Assembly (NCBI GenBank): GCA_964247055.1
Contig: OZ176056.1
Location: 7,068,001 to 7,132,000, forward strand
Length of the DNA: 64,000 bases
Reading direction: 5' to 3'
Origin: Paragordius varius
Taxonomy: Eukaryota; Animalia; Nematomorpha
Below are positions 49,358-62,811 of this stretch, piece after piece; within the stretch, counting starts at the first letter, position 1; each line of letters opens with the position of its first letter. The position numbers and the translations under genes were made by a program. The notes under the pieces are model-generated. The model was not told the origin of the DNA and did not search any database. It was given only the letters and a program-made list of their open reading frames with translations.

Positions 49358-52300
49358 ATAGTTTGATTTCAATAAATTTTACGAGAATACAAATTATTAT
49401 TTTAATTAATAATCAAATCTGCAATATGTTATTTTTATATATTTTAGGTAAAAATAATTTTTGGCCATGGATAAATGGCTTTTAAATAGGAGTTGTAATG
49501 ACGCAGATATTAATCCAACAAATTCTTCTCAGTCAGGACAAGGTATTAGAAAAGAGGCATCTAATGTGCGAAAAGGAAAATATGATGAGTCTTTTCTTCG
49601 ATTTGGCTTCACATTTCAAAATTGTAATGGTAATGAACAACCTCTTTGCTTGACATGTATGGCTTCGGAGAGTATGAAATTATCAAAATTAAGAAGACAT
49701 TTTTCAAAGCATGTTTCGCATGTCAATAAACTTAAAGAATATTTTGAAAGACTGTGTATATCTTTAAATAAAGTAAAGAAAAACATCGAAAAATTTATAC
49801 CAATGAAAAATGTTTACTAGCATCTTATGAAGTTTCATAACTGTATTGCTAAAAAAGAGCCGTTCACCATTGGCGAAGATCTTGTGTTACCTGCAGCTAT
49901 GAAAATGGTAGAAATACTACATGGAAAAAATATGGCGATGATATTCGAAAAACTCCTTTGTCAAATGACACTGTCTTAAATAGAATTTCTGAAATTAACA
50001 AGGATTATTTAATACAACTTATGACCAGAATTAAAGAAAGCCCAAAATTTTCGCTTCAGTTGGACTAAACAACTGATATTACTAAATTGGCTCAGTTGTT
50101 AGTATATGTCAGGTACGTTTATAAAGAAAACGTGGAGCAAGAATCGTTATTTTGTTGTCCTATGGAAGACCATACTACAAGGAAAGACATATATCGTAAA
50201 GTGGACGAATTTTTTAAAGCAGAAGGTTTAGAATGGAAAAATTGCTGTGAAATATGCACAGATGGTGCAAGAGCGATGACGAGCAAAAATGTTGGTTTTA
50301 AATCATTTTTAGCTGCTCATTATGATCATATAACTTTTACTCATTGCCTTATTCACCGAGAGGCTCTGGCAGCAAAACAATTAGCACCAGAATTGGATGT
50401 CCTTCAGGATGCTGTTAAGGTCATAAATTTTATTAAGGGCCATGCCCTTAACAGTCGCTTAATTTCAAATCTCTGTAAGGATACGGATTCCAACTACACA
50501 ACTTTGTTATTACATGCAGAAGTAAGATGGTTGTCAAGAGGTCAAAGTTTACAAAGATTATTATTATTAAAGCACAAGATCGAAATATTTTTAACTGATC
50601 GAAAATCTGAATTTGCTGTTTTTTTTCAAAATGACTTGTGGCTATCCAGGCTGTGTTATTTGTCAGATATTTTTGCGAAGTTAAACGATCTTAACTTGTC
50701 TCTTTAAGGAAAAGATTGCGATATATTTACTTCAAAAAATCATTAAATGCATTGGCAACTTGTATTTTATTAACACTAATACTTTCACCCATACAAAAAT
50801 AATTTTTTTTAACTGGCTGGTGGTAGATCCAACAATATACGAGTATATTGTGGAAATAAATTTTAAACTGACTAATTTGGAATAACATGCACTTATTCTC
50901 AATCATACAATGGCTAAATAATACAAAATGTTTATATAGTTTCTTTGAAATAACACATAGAAATTATGTTGATAATTTTTATCAGGATTATTTCGGTTTT
51001 AAGAAATTAACAAAAAAAATCTACATTTTTTTTTAATTTCTATCATCTTCTGATTCATAGTAAATTTATACAATATATTATAATCTGAATATTTGTGCAA
51101 ATTTTAATTTATGTTTTTTATGTTTCAAAACGAATTCTAAATTTATATATTTTCATATGCATATGTATGTTGTTTCTTAATAAATATATCATCAAAAAAT
51201 ATTAATTTATTTTTCTTTTATATTTATTGGGGTCGCCAAGAAATTTGCGATCATAAATGGGGTCGCGACTCACAAAATTTTAAGAAGCCCTGGTGTAGGG
51301 TATCGCCGTTCTGTATTAGTGTCAGTGGTAGGTGCTATAGTGGGTGTTTGTTGGGATGGCAACTCAATGATGGGTTCCGAGGGTTGAGGCGGATGTAAGG
51401 TCGGGGCTTCGGTCGTGGCAGTAGGGTACCTAACAAGGTCATGCGATGGTGGAGTTTCTTCGGGTGAAATTGTCATACCCATTATTCTTTCGCCTCCTTC
51501 CCTTGGTCTCAGTTAATCTGCGTGTTTTCGGATGATTTTGTTATCATCTTGTATTTCATACGAGAGTAATCCGAGTCGTTTATTTATAATTCCTTCTCCC
51601 CAACCATTCGCTAGTTCATTTTTTATGTATTTTCCGTTTTCAGGGTATTCGTGATTAGGTTGTACATCGTCTAAGAAGTCTGTTTGTTTATATTGTAGCC
51701 ATGTGATTGGATTGGGTAGGGTACGTTTTAAAAAAAGTTGAGCGGGACATGTATTTGTAGCACTGTGTATGTTAGTGCGGTATCCCCAAAGCATGTTATT
51801 ATTTTTGAATGTGGGTCATCGTCTTCTGCTGACCGATAATGTGTTTTTAGGGTATATATTACTCGTTCCACCATTCCGTTAGTTTACTCACTTTTTTATG
51901 TCGCTTTCCTAGTTGTGCCAAAAGACTATTTGGTTTGCTTGTTCGTACATTGCTTTGAATCCGGGGTGTCCGACGTGTAATAATTGCAAGATATTTATTT
52001 TTTGAGAATCGGGAATTATTAATCTATCATGCCAATATAACCCGTATGTATTTTCAATTTCATTTCTAAAACTGTGGAATGGATGTAATATTTTATTAGA
52101 CCGGTTGTTTGTTCTTAGTGCCCTTATTACCTATTTTAATACAGGGTCGGTTTCTGGCTTCTAATATGGTCACGATTTATATTGAATAGAATACTATTGG
52201 CAAATCTTACATATTCTGCTGTTTGAAAGCTTTCCGTGTCTTGTTGTTGTGGTTCTGTCGGCATGCGGGACAATGGATCTGAAATGTTTTCATGACTTTT

Positions 52301-53898
52301 AATGTACCGTAGATTGTAATTAAATTGGCTAGCTTTATATATCCAACGTAGTAGCTTATTTTTATTTATTTGGTCGAATTTACGATTATTTCCAAACAGC
52401 TTTATTAGTGGTTTGTGATCAGTACGCAATTCAAACTTCTTCCCCGTAATATAGTTCTGAAATTTCAAAAGCGAAAAGTATGGCTTGTGATTCCTCTATC
52501 ACTGAATAATTTTCTTCGGGTTTAGACCACTTTCTAGATGCGTAGGCAATGGGTTTATTTATGCCCTCCTGCGTGGTCTGTAGTAACACTACTCGGTACC
52601 CTTTATTCGAGGCGTCTGTTTCGATTATTATAGGTAACCCAGGGTTGAACGGAGTTAGTTTAACAGTATGACATATTATTTTTCTGGCTCTGTTAAAATA
52701 GTCTTCGTGGTTTTTGGTCCATATCCAGGGTTTTTTATAACTGCTTATGTCGTGAAGTATAGCCAAACTTCCATGCAATTTCGGGAGGAATCGTGTGTGA
52801 AAATTTATTAAGCCTAAGAAGGACTTCAGTGTTGTTTTGTCACTGGGTCTTGGGAAGTCTTGTATGGCTTTAATTTTATCGGCAGCTGGTGATATGCCGT
52901 TTTTTGATATAACATATCCTAAATAACTTACAGACGGTTGAAAAAGTTTCAGTTTGCTTTTACTTAATTTTAAACCAGAATCGTCTAAACGCTTAAATAC
53001 CTTTCTAAGTTTCTTTTATGTTCGTTTCGGGTTTTTTCTGTTATTAAAATATCGTCTAAATATACAGCTGTTCCTGAGCAGTCACCTAAAATCTTATCCA
53101 TGAATCTTTGAAAAATGCAAGGGGCGCTTGTTAGGCCAAAGGGAAGCCTTTTATATGTAAAATACCCTAGGGGTGTGGTAATTGTTAGTAAATTTTGACT
53201 TTCTTGATCTATTGGCAATTGCAGATAGGCGTCTTTCAAATCGATTACCGAAAATGATTCTCCTAATCCTATTTTGGAAACTAATTCGTCAAATGTCGGT
53301 ATATTATGACTGTCATCTACTAGATGTGGATTTATAGTAACACCATAATCTGCACATAACCTTAGAGAACCATTCGCTTTTGTTATACAAACAATAGGGG
53401 CGGCCCAGGTTACTTTCTCAGTCGTAGGGTATAATGGTTTGATCATGTCCGCTTCTAAAAGTCTCTTAATTTCAGAGTCGACTTTTTCTTTTAACGGTAT
53501 TAGGATGCGGCGACACTTAAAAATTTTTGGTTTTGTATTGTTTTTTAAAAAAAGTTTGAAAGGAGTTCCCGTGAAACACCCTAACTTTTCACAAAAAAGT
53601 GAATTAAATTTATTAACAAGTGAATTTTCCTCAAATATATTAATATTAAAACATTTACGACTATTTATCAACTGTTTTATGGCATTCGGGAATTCTCGTA
53701 GCCAATCCCAACCAAGAATTGGGGCCTTCTTGCCGCTTACAACCATACACGCCAAAGATTTTGTTTCACCATCGCATTGTACCGTGACCATACAACTACC
53801 CTTGGAATTGATTATTTGTCCACCATAGCTAAACAAATCTGGGCCTGTTTGTTGCAACTCGAGCTCCCCAATTTTTTTCCACGCTTGACAATCAATTA

Positions 53899-55021
53899 CA
53901 CTAGACAACAATTTTTTCTGCCACTCGAGTTTTTTGCATTTTTTGATATTTAATATCATTTTAACAATAAATCTGAAATAAATATTATAACTCGTTTGAA
54001 GAATTTTGTATAATTTGATTTTTTTGATTATGCGCCCTCTTTATCAAAATTTTACTAAAAAATGTTTTTCTTTGAAAATATACAAGTAATGCCCATTTGT
54101 AATATATCATTCGAAAGAGTATTAAAAACTCTATAAAATGTATATTAATATGTATTACATCGACAGTTAATATTGGACACAAAGAGCGACAAACGCGCGA
54201 AGCGAGAGCATTTTTTTTAATTATTATATTTTTAAAACTAATGGATGAAAATAGCTCAAACTTTGTTTAGATGGAGATGAATGTCCAAAAAAGATAACAC
54301 AAAAAAGTTTTTTTTGATTAAAACATTTTTTATTGCTTTTATGTCACTCAAAACAGCCATTTTTAAGTTTTTTGTTTTTTAAAAAGTACCATCTCATCAA
54401 TATTAATTTATTTTCTTTACAAGGCTGATAATTTCGAAAATTTAAAGATAAAAACAAATTTTAAGGTATTTTTGATCTTTTATAGCCATTATGGAATAGA
54501 TTTACAGTTATAACTATGCATTTTAGATCCACTAGGTAAAATATTCATGATAATAATAATTTTTATTAAAAAAGCAAACCAAAAGCTTTTTCAAACATTT
54601 TTTTAAATTAAATACTAATATAACCGTAATAATAATATTAAAATAATTTATATGATTTACAAATTAGTTTGTCTGCGAAAATTCTTGACTTATTTAAGGA
54701 TTGGAAATTTTGACCATTTAAATCCAAATAACTTTTACATCCGATGGATTTAAATGACTTACTAGCATTTAAAAGATGCAGTTTTTTGCGCTCTTTCGAA
54801 TGATATAAAATACATGGCTTCATATCTAAAACTTTAAATTTTCGAAATTTCGAGTTTAATGTTAAATCGGGGCCAAAAATTATCGATAAACTCTAATATA
54901 AAAAAATTCTTCCATGTAAGACCAATTTTCTTTTCAGATATACTAATTATGTACTTTAATGAAATAAATTTTAAATTTGCAAGAATGGCAGTTAAAAAAA
55001 GTTAAAATTTGTTGTCTAGTG
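53899..55021. mobile_element. Non-autonomous CACTA-ended DNA transposon (CMC/Chapaev3-like) inserted in the gypsy protease
   Basis: TIRs CACTAGACAAC / GTTGTCTAGTG; 3-bp TSD TTA (53896-53898, 55022-55024); empty site visible in copy 1 at ~31775-31785. Confidence 0.85.
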
Positions 55022-56050
55022 TTATAGATACGCTTGAACCTGTTCTATAATCATGCGTATTGGTTTGCCATTTATTATTATTGCTATCTTGGGGGTGGCT
55101 ACAGATTCAACATGCTGAACGTTGCTAATCCTCTTCTTCTTACAGCACGGTTGGAAGTGATTCGCCTTGGCATTTATAACATTGTTTGCCCCAAGCTGGG
55201 CATCTGCCGGGTGCAGATCTAACCCGCAGAATTGACATTTGTTTTGGTATTTCCCAGCTGTAGTCTGCAATATCTGGCCATCTATTGTTGTTAGTTGATG
55301 TGCTTTTCATAATTGAGGGCAATGTCTACCACTTGTTTTAGGGTCACAGTTTCGTTTCTCCACATCGCATTGGGGAATCTAGTAAACAGATCTAGTTCTA
55401 ATTTTTCCACTCCCAGGCCTGCAATGAACACGTCGCGCATTTTTTCATCGATGTCAAGCTTGAAGTTGCATTTTGCGGCTTCGATTTTGGAAATTCCGTA
55501 AATGTTTCAGTTTCTTTCCGACGAAGTTTTACCAAATTGATGGCCTGGATTATATTTGTCCTATTCGATTCGTAAATTTTCCTGCCGGCTTCAATGATGT
55601 CCGGCCAGGAGGTATTATCAAGCGAATTTGAAAGGAATTGTTCGAATTTCTTTGTGACCGACATTCCTGCGTAAGCGAGAAATAACGTCTTGCTATTGTT
55701 GTCGTTTGCTGTCATGTTTTTTGCAGCTAGCATTCGGTGATGTATAAAACGTATCGGTGAATTCCTTTTCATCAAAACTTTCCAGAGAAATTTTTGCCAG
55801 GTTCATTATCGCGCCAATGATAGATTTAAGGTTATATAACACAGAATAATAGAAGTAAGATATATTAAACAGAAAACATTTATTAAAATACCAGAAATCA
55901 AAACATGTGTGTGTGATATTATAATACAGCAATGATATACTAACTATTTTGCTTGAAGCTACAATTAACATTAACTAGGTGTATAACTAAGAGTTATAAG
56001 TGTTTACAATTATATAGGTGCGTTGGTGTCTACGACAGTAGGATCTAACT

Positions 56051-58510
56051 CAGTGATACTCAAACCGCGGCTCGCGGGCCGCATGCTGCTTTTAGAGTGC
56101 TATGAAATTGCCCTATGGCCATATTGATACCCAATTATTTTTTTTATTGATGAATTTCTAAAATATACATAAACGAATTTTCGCTTATTTTAATATTAAT
56201 TTATTTTATTTAGATTCAATTTTGGTAATTTATATTTACCGAATATGAAATGTAGAAAAATTTCTACTGATTTCAAAATTTTGGCACACTTGTTTTTGTT
56301 TCTGTATTCTATTTTCTTTTCTATTTTGAAATTTTTATTGCATTCCTTTTTGTATTTTAGCAAGCCTTTCACCCAAACTTGCCTATACATATTCTTTTCA
56401 TTGCTATCCTGCATCATTTTTTATAACTCATTCCCATAAAATATTTTTCAAATCAACATTATTCAATTTCGACCTGTTTTTTTCTATCATAATTCAAATT
56501 ATATTCCCATTTTTTAAAAAATAGTTTACGTAATATTCAAAGGATGACATTTAATGCTAAAAAACGTAAATCATCCGATGATAATCACTCCTTTATAAAA
56601 GAATGAAAAAATTTGTAGTTTTAAATAAAAATGTTGTTACCTGCCTTAAATGTAAGGACAACATAATTATAAAAAAATACAATATTGAAAGACATTTTAC
56701 AGTCCATCCTTCTCATAAACCAAAAAATTATGAGGAAAGAAACGAAAAATATAAATTAAGGATTTATAAAGATAAATCTATTATGTCCATAGCTTTCGCC
56801 CATGAAAAAGCTGACTCATTATCCACTTAGGAAATTTGCTATATTTTAGGAAAATATATAAAACCGTTTACTGATTCCCAACTATTTGAATGTCTAATAA
56901 ATGGTGGCACTTTTTGATTTGATAAATTCCATAATAAAGATCAAATCATGAGACAATTATAAAACTTCATTTTGATTCAACATGTGCTAGATGCATTGAT
57001 GATATGTCTAAATATATTTTTAACAATACATTATTGGCTCTGAAAAACTACTTTAGTATTGCTATTGATTCTAGCACTGATATTAGTACAACACCTCAAT
57101 GTGCGCTCTTAGTGAGATTTTGCAACGACAATATAATCGACGAGGAATATTTAAAAATTTACCAATGAATAATACCACGAAAGGAAGTGGTTTTTTCGAA
57201 ATAATTAGCATTTTTTTCTATATAATGGAATGGCTATGAAAAAATTAGTTTCGATCTGCACAGATGGCTGTCCCTCTATGATTGGAATAGACAAAGGATT
57301 TATTCCTCTTTGGAAACACAAATATAATTTGCAAAATATTTTATCCTTTTACATTCATCAGCAAAACTTGTTTTCGCGTGTAAAAAGGGAATCACTTAAA
57401 TTAATAATTAAAACGGTTTTGGATATGGTTAACCACATTCGTGGCAAATAATTCAACCGCCGTAAATTCAAAAACCTTTTAAAAAATATCCACAGTGAGT
57501 TTGACAATATTCGATTGCACACCGCTGCAAGATGGCTACTTAGCAATGATTAAAATAGATTTTTTGTTTTAAGACATGAAATTCTATTATTTAGGAAAGA
57601 TAACAGAAAGTTGAAGAAGAAATTAATAGTGCCAAATGGTGGGTTTTTTTAGCCCACCTTTGCGACATTAATTATAAACTTAGTTTTTTTAGGGAGCAAA
57701 ATAATAACCAAATTTGCCAATCAAATATTTGCTTTTGAAGAAAACAAGATTTCATAAATAAAACACACCTATATTTTCCAACACTTAAAACGATTCATAA
57801 AGGAAATATGGAATTTACCGCCGAGATTATTTAATAATAGACAATCATTTAGCATTTTTATCTAATAAGATGAAACTCAGATTTTATGAATTAGAAATAT
57901 TAAAAATTGCTTAATACTTGTTGAAAATCCATGGCATATGGATATATCCAATATTAAGCAAATTAAGAATTTCGGTTATGATTGGCGCATATCATTGAAG
58001 GATTCATAGATTTTAAAAATGATTCCAATTTGGAGGCTATATTCAAGGAGAATCGTAGAGAAGAAAAGATATGTAAGGTTTTGGCAAGATGTTCCAAATG
58101 AATAAGATAATATAAAAAAATGTGCTCAAGTTATCCTAGTTGTGTTTCCCTCAACTTACATGCGTAAGACGGCATATTCAAAAAAATTATGCCTAGAATT
58201 CATACGGAAATCGATTAATTGATGATTATGGACGACGTATTAAGTTCGCCTGTCATGAGGCGAAACCAAATTTGTCAAAAATTATTGGTTAATATCAAAA
58301 TAAATGTTGATATCAATACTTTAATTTTTTGAAATAAATGGTGCAAAACGAGTTATTAGCTGGATTTACATGCGATCCGCAAAATCATTATAGTGTAGTC
58401 TATAAATATGTGCATATGTGTCAAATAGCTATGGAATTGTCTTTATAAGGTTCATGGCCCTCGAAAAAAAATTTATTTGGCCCGTCAAATTTTTTTGGTG
58501 AGTACCACTG
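56051..58510 (+). mobile_element. hAT transposon (GTF2IRD2/EPM2AIP1-like transposase), degenerate, inside the gypsy 5'LTR
   Basis: TIRs CAGTGATACTCA / TGAGTACCACTG; 8-bp TSD ATCTAACT (56043-56050, 58511-58518); relic motifs CLKCK..KKYNIERHF..H, ICTDGCPSMIG, LHTAARWL. Confidence 0.9.
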
Positions 58511-59135
58511 ATCTAACTTAACAATGGTCCACCTCGTAATATACCAGAAATTAAAGGGAATCGTCTTCAACGTTCTTTGGATATTTTGGAGTGCAAATTT
58601 TATAATGCTAAACGTAAATAATCGATTCGAATCACTAATGCAATCATACCCAACCTATAAATTTATTAGACCAGATTATTGGAATATCCTGAAAATAATC
58701 TATTATTTTCACAATATATTACAAAAACACATTTGATATCTAGTTTACCCAAACCTTATTCCGATCACAAACTTGGAGAGAATAAGTATAATATTTTTGT
58801 TGCTAATATTGTTCATGCATTTAAGCATAAAATATATCAAAGTAATGCACATAGAAATAAGGATTTACAGCGGATTGTGCTTAATATCTGCTTGTCTAAC
58901 GCAATCAATCAAAATTATTGCTAAAAGCTATGGTAAATTTAATGGTTTTACCAATATTTTTAAAAAATATGAATATAATTTACAGAATATGTTTTGGCCT
59001 AAGATATATCGGGCTGATAAAGAATCCTATATTAATATCTATATAAACTTTATGGGATATTACCTCTGATTTTCAATAACAATTCTTACTATTATAATCT
59101 TGATAGTCATATTTTGGCTTTATCGATTTATATTA

Positions 59136-59457
59136 CAATTTATTCAAATTGATAATTACTTCGAACAAATCAAATTCACCCTTGAACAATTCAAATTCAC
59201 TATAAAAATAAATTATGTGTTTTCGGGCTAATATAACTCATCATCAATATTATATATATTTTTGTAGCTTATTATTCTCAGCATTATGTTAATATTAAAG
59301 AGAATTTCATATTTTAAAAATTTAAAAGATAAAGTTAATTTTTAATCTTAAAAGACACTTAATTTGTTTGAGGGTAAATTTTAATTGTGCAGAGTTGAAT
59401 TTAAATTGTTCAAGGGTGAATTTGATTTGTTTAAGCGTGAATTTGAGCTGTAAATGG
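59136..59457. mobile_element. MITE family A copy
   Basis: CAAATTCACCCTTGAACAATTCAAATTCAC ... GTGAATTTGAGCTGTAAATGG; left end degraded. Confidence 0.75.
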
Positions 59458-62400
59458 TATAATATCGTTTTTTGAAAATCAAACAACCATATTTAAATTT
59501 TTAGCTATTTTTTGTGATTATTTACAATAATATATTGTAAAATTCTTAAAAGTTTACTCTCTCATACAATGCATATATTCGATTTTAGTTTTAAAAAATA
59601 TTTGTACTTTTTTTAAATCGTGGTTATCTCCACCTAAGAATTCTCTCTTGGATCTTTATATTTTAATATAATGAATTCAGTTTTCTTTAACTGATGTACC
59701 TTCAGTTTGTATGTAAAATCGACTGAATGTATTTTTGACCAGGCACTTTTTGGCACCATCCTATTTTCCCTTTCGCTCAGTAATCTAATCATTTTTCAAC
59801 AAGAATTTTGCATAAAAAACATTTATAATTTTATTTTATTATTTTATGATAGATTGATCAAAATGTCATGTAGTGGAGGATATATAAGGCCCGTTTCACA
59901 TATTCGAGCGTATTGGTCAGATGAATGCGCCCTCGCATATAATTATTCAACCACCCTTGACTGCAATATAGGATTACCTTATCCTTTAACACTTTTTGGA
60001 AAAAAATATCAAAAATTATAATGTTTTACGTAAAACTAGCTGTACGGGAGTTTTATTTTGATGTGTTTGATCAAAAGTTACCTAACTTTTAATTTTAGAT
60101 TTATTAAATTTTATATTATTGATTGCCGCTTATTCTGGGAATATTTATCTTTAAAATGTTTGTTTTTTATAATTATCGAAAAAATTGAAAAGTATATTTT
60201 TTTGACAAAAACATAACGCGGAATCATATAGATAGGGTTAAATTTAACCAGTATCGTTTTATAATTATAAATTCAAATTTTTAATAACTAAAAAATGGTT
60301 TATAATAAAGATTGTTCCACTTGATTCGGAATCAGTAAGGGGTGACGTTGAAATGTTTAATTACAATCCTGTGTACTTTGGAAATACTGAAAAGGTTTCT
60401 TGGTTTCCAAAACCTGGTAATTTTATACGTTTATCAGTATCGTCTTCCAAAATATTTGCTATTTTATATTTTTTAAAATTTGAAACAAAAATAATAAGTA
60501 TGGATTATATTTAACGTTAACATTTAAACGGATCTGACTTGGTAATTTAGTGATGCATTTTAATTAACTATCCATATGTTAACCGGTTCTTTTGTCAAAA
60601 ACAAATATTTTTAAAAAAAATTCTGATTTTATTAAAATTATTTTTACGATGAATTTATTTATTGCCGACTAATCTTAATTTTTTATATCCTTTTTGGGGG
60701 GAGTTAGGCTTTTCAAAGGACCATGATACCGTATATTACCGTACTATGCATAGACTTGGACGTCGAAAGGGTGATCCTATCAGAGCAGATATTGAAGCCA
60801 ATAGTAAAGCAAATCAACACTTGACTAATAGCGTTCTCCTTCCTTACATATTATTTCATACCTCTGAGCCATTTAACACAGCCCCTGGTCTACCTATATA
60901 CAGTCAATTGAATCATAAGCCAACAGTGAGAGTTATATCCCGGCCAAACCCATGAATGAATATGAAAGAATAATGGGTGGTGAACAATTGACTACGCAAG
61001 AAGTTAAACCATTAAATCAGTTTAAGGGCATTTACTTAGACACTAATAATGATGATGATGGTACTAAAACCACTTTATATCATACACCACGGGCCTTGGC
61101 TCGTATACATGCTAACAATATGCTTCACAATTTTACATGGTTAAATGCAGCAACGTATTATTTGGGTTTGAATTTTTGTTTACAATAAAAAAATTGAATT
61201 GATAAACTAATTATTGATATGATATTTTATAAAAAAACTACAAATAATAATTAGATATTGAAATGAAATTTTTTTATTCAACAGTATATTATTAACCATA
61301 TCTATCGATTTTGCTAGGTAACATAGTAAATGATAACAGGCAGCAACACATTTCGTTATTTTACATATAACTTTTAACTATTACATCTAATAAGGTTTTA
61401 CACCATTTAATGAATTAACTTATCCCCTCACTACACAATCAATTGTGACTGATGGAAGGCTTTGGAATTTTTATGTGTATCAACTCAATACAAATCATTT
61501 ATGGATGAAAGATAGGCCAGATTTTGATCCACGTCAAGAAAGTTATAAACGCAAAATAGCCGACCAAAATAATGAACCCTTTTGGAATGATAAATTTTTG
61601 GAAGAACATCGTATGTTTTATATACATATTCATCGTATAATGTACAACACATCTAAATGGATTTTCGACAAAACCGAATTATATATATATATATATATAT
61701 ATATACAGGAAATAATTTGATGGTTTTTCGATACATTTTTGATGACATTTTTCGGCTAATATATTTAATCAAATTTTTAAAGTTTTTCTTTAAAGTTAAA
61801 ACAATCAAAAAAACTTAATAAGTTTTGGCCCAGTCAATAAATATTTAAATATACCTTCATTTTTTAATATTTATATTTTTTTAGATTTTATTGCTTTTTA
61901 TCAATGTCTTTTGAGATCAAAAAGTTGTTGTAAAAAATATTTTTTTGGAGAATAAATTGGGTCAGAGTTTAGTCATCTATTTTTTTAATTAAATATAAAT
62001 TCATATATTTTACTTAAATAAAATGGCTTATTATTAATATTATTTGACGATTTAAGATTACAGAGAGATATTTCTACAAAAAATAAAACCAAAATATATA
62101 TTCTTCGCAAAAATCAGTTGTGGGCCAGTCGATTTGTGCGTTTATATGGACCTCAAAACGACACATCTTTTAATGAAAGACGTAACTTATGTTGGCACCA
62201 TGGAGAAAAATTATTTGATTATATTACGGATGATGATCAAGTTTTAATTTTGATCTGGGAATTTGTTAAATCGTCAAGATTAAATTTAATTTTTTTACCT
62301 ATTTCCTTTTGATTAAAAATAAAATCTAAGTTAAAATTTGTAATACAATTTTCTTGAGTTAATTATTGTTTGGTTATGTTTTACAATTAAGTTAGTTGCA

Positions 62401-62811
62401 AATTAATGGTTTTAGAACTTTCACTATTTTCGTATATTTTTAATTAATTGCCTGTTAATGTGAAATATATAATATTTCTTTCATTTAGGTAATTGGATAT
62501 AATCCAGAAATATTGAATATGTGCTTCAGTTTTTTTATGCAAAAACCAAACGCCAACCAAAATATATGGTACGATCCCTATCTTAATCCCACACCGGAAA
62601 CAATCGAAAATTATCAATATAAATATTAGCGCACGAAATATCAATAATAATAATAAATTAATTTTTTCCGATATTTATTATTTCAGTTAGCAGACAAAAA
62701 AGGTATTTATGGCTTGTTGTAATGCATTAGCTATTTGAATCATCCGCTAAACATAATATATACAGTATGAGTAAGTATACATTGCTAGTAAGTTATTAAT
62801 TATTGCCAAAT

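Larger units (their letters stand above)
47351..49402 (+). mobile_element. 5'-truncated Penelope-like retroelement with an inverted 3' copy
   Basis: RT fragment RYVDDIL (48325-48345); GIY-YIG VYHKRCNDCPAHYIGQYKR..REKEH (~48880-48963); arms ~47383-48247 and ~48543-49405 are inverted; 14-bp TSD TAATTAATAATCAA (47337-47350, 49403-49416). Confidence 0.88.
47011..51292 (+). mobile_element. hAT transposon (Buster/Charlie, ZBED5/SCAND3-like transposase), degenerate
   Basis: TIRs CAGGGGTTCTTAAA / TTTAAGAAGCCCTG; 8-bp TSD GTGTAGGG (47003-47010, 51293-51300); transposase pieces 49470-50710: YDESFLRFGF, ICTDGARAM, HCLIHREALAAK, LLLHAEVRWLSRG. Confidence 0.93.
46723..58523 (-). mobile_element. Ty3/gypsy LTR retrotransposon, Mag-type, copy 2, with nested insertions
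   Basis: 3'LTR 46723-46956 plus PPT; 5'LTR 55818-56050 + 58511-58523; 5-bp TSD ATGAT (46718-46722) / ATGGT (58524-58528); gag ATG 55806; RT YLDD within ORF 52985-53959; RNase H TDHKPL; integrase core deleted near 51885. Confidence 0.93.
46660..62240 (+). pseudogene. mRpS30: mL65/MRPS30 (PDCD9-family mitoribosomal protein) homolog, LTR-interrupted and frameshifted
   Basis: Segments ~46660-46722 + 58524-~59070 (FPVNGPP..RLQR..FSQYITKTHLISSLP), ~59860-60000 (tentative), 60311-60416 (IVPLDS..FNYNP), 60708-61165 (PGF..HANNMLHNFTWLNAATYYLG), 61395-61610 (GFTPFNELTYPLTTQSIVTDGRLWNFYVYQLNT), ~62060-62240 (RRNLCW..KLFDYI). Frameshifts at ~58612, ~58672, ~58915 and ~60945. Confidence 0.78.

Noticed and set aside
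58600-58930. Programmed frameshifting or tiny introns rescuing mL65
   Set aside because: Several shifts in both directions, no slippery heptamer with a downstream structure seen, tested GT-AG pairs are out of phase, and an LTR element already interrupts the exon.
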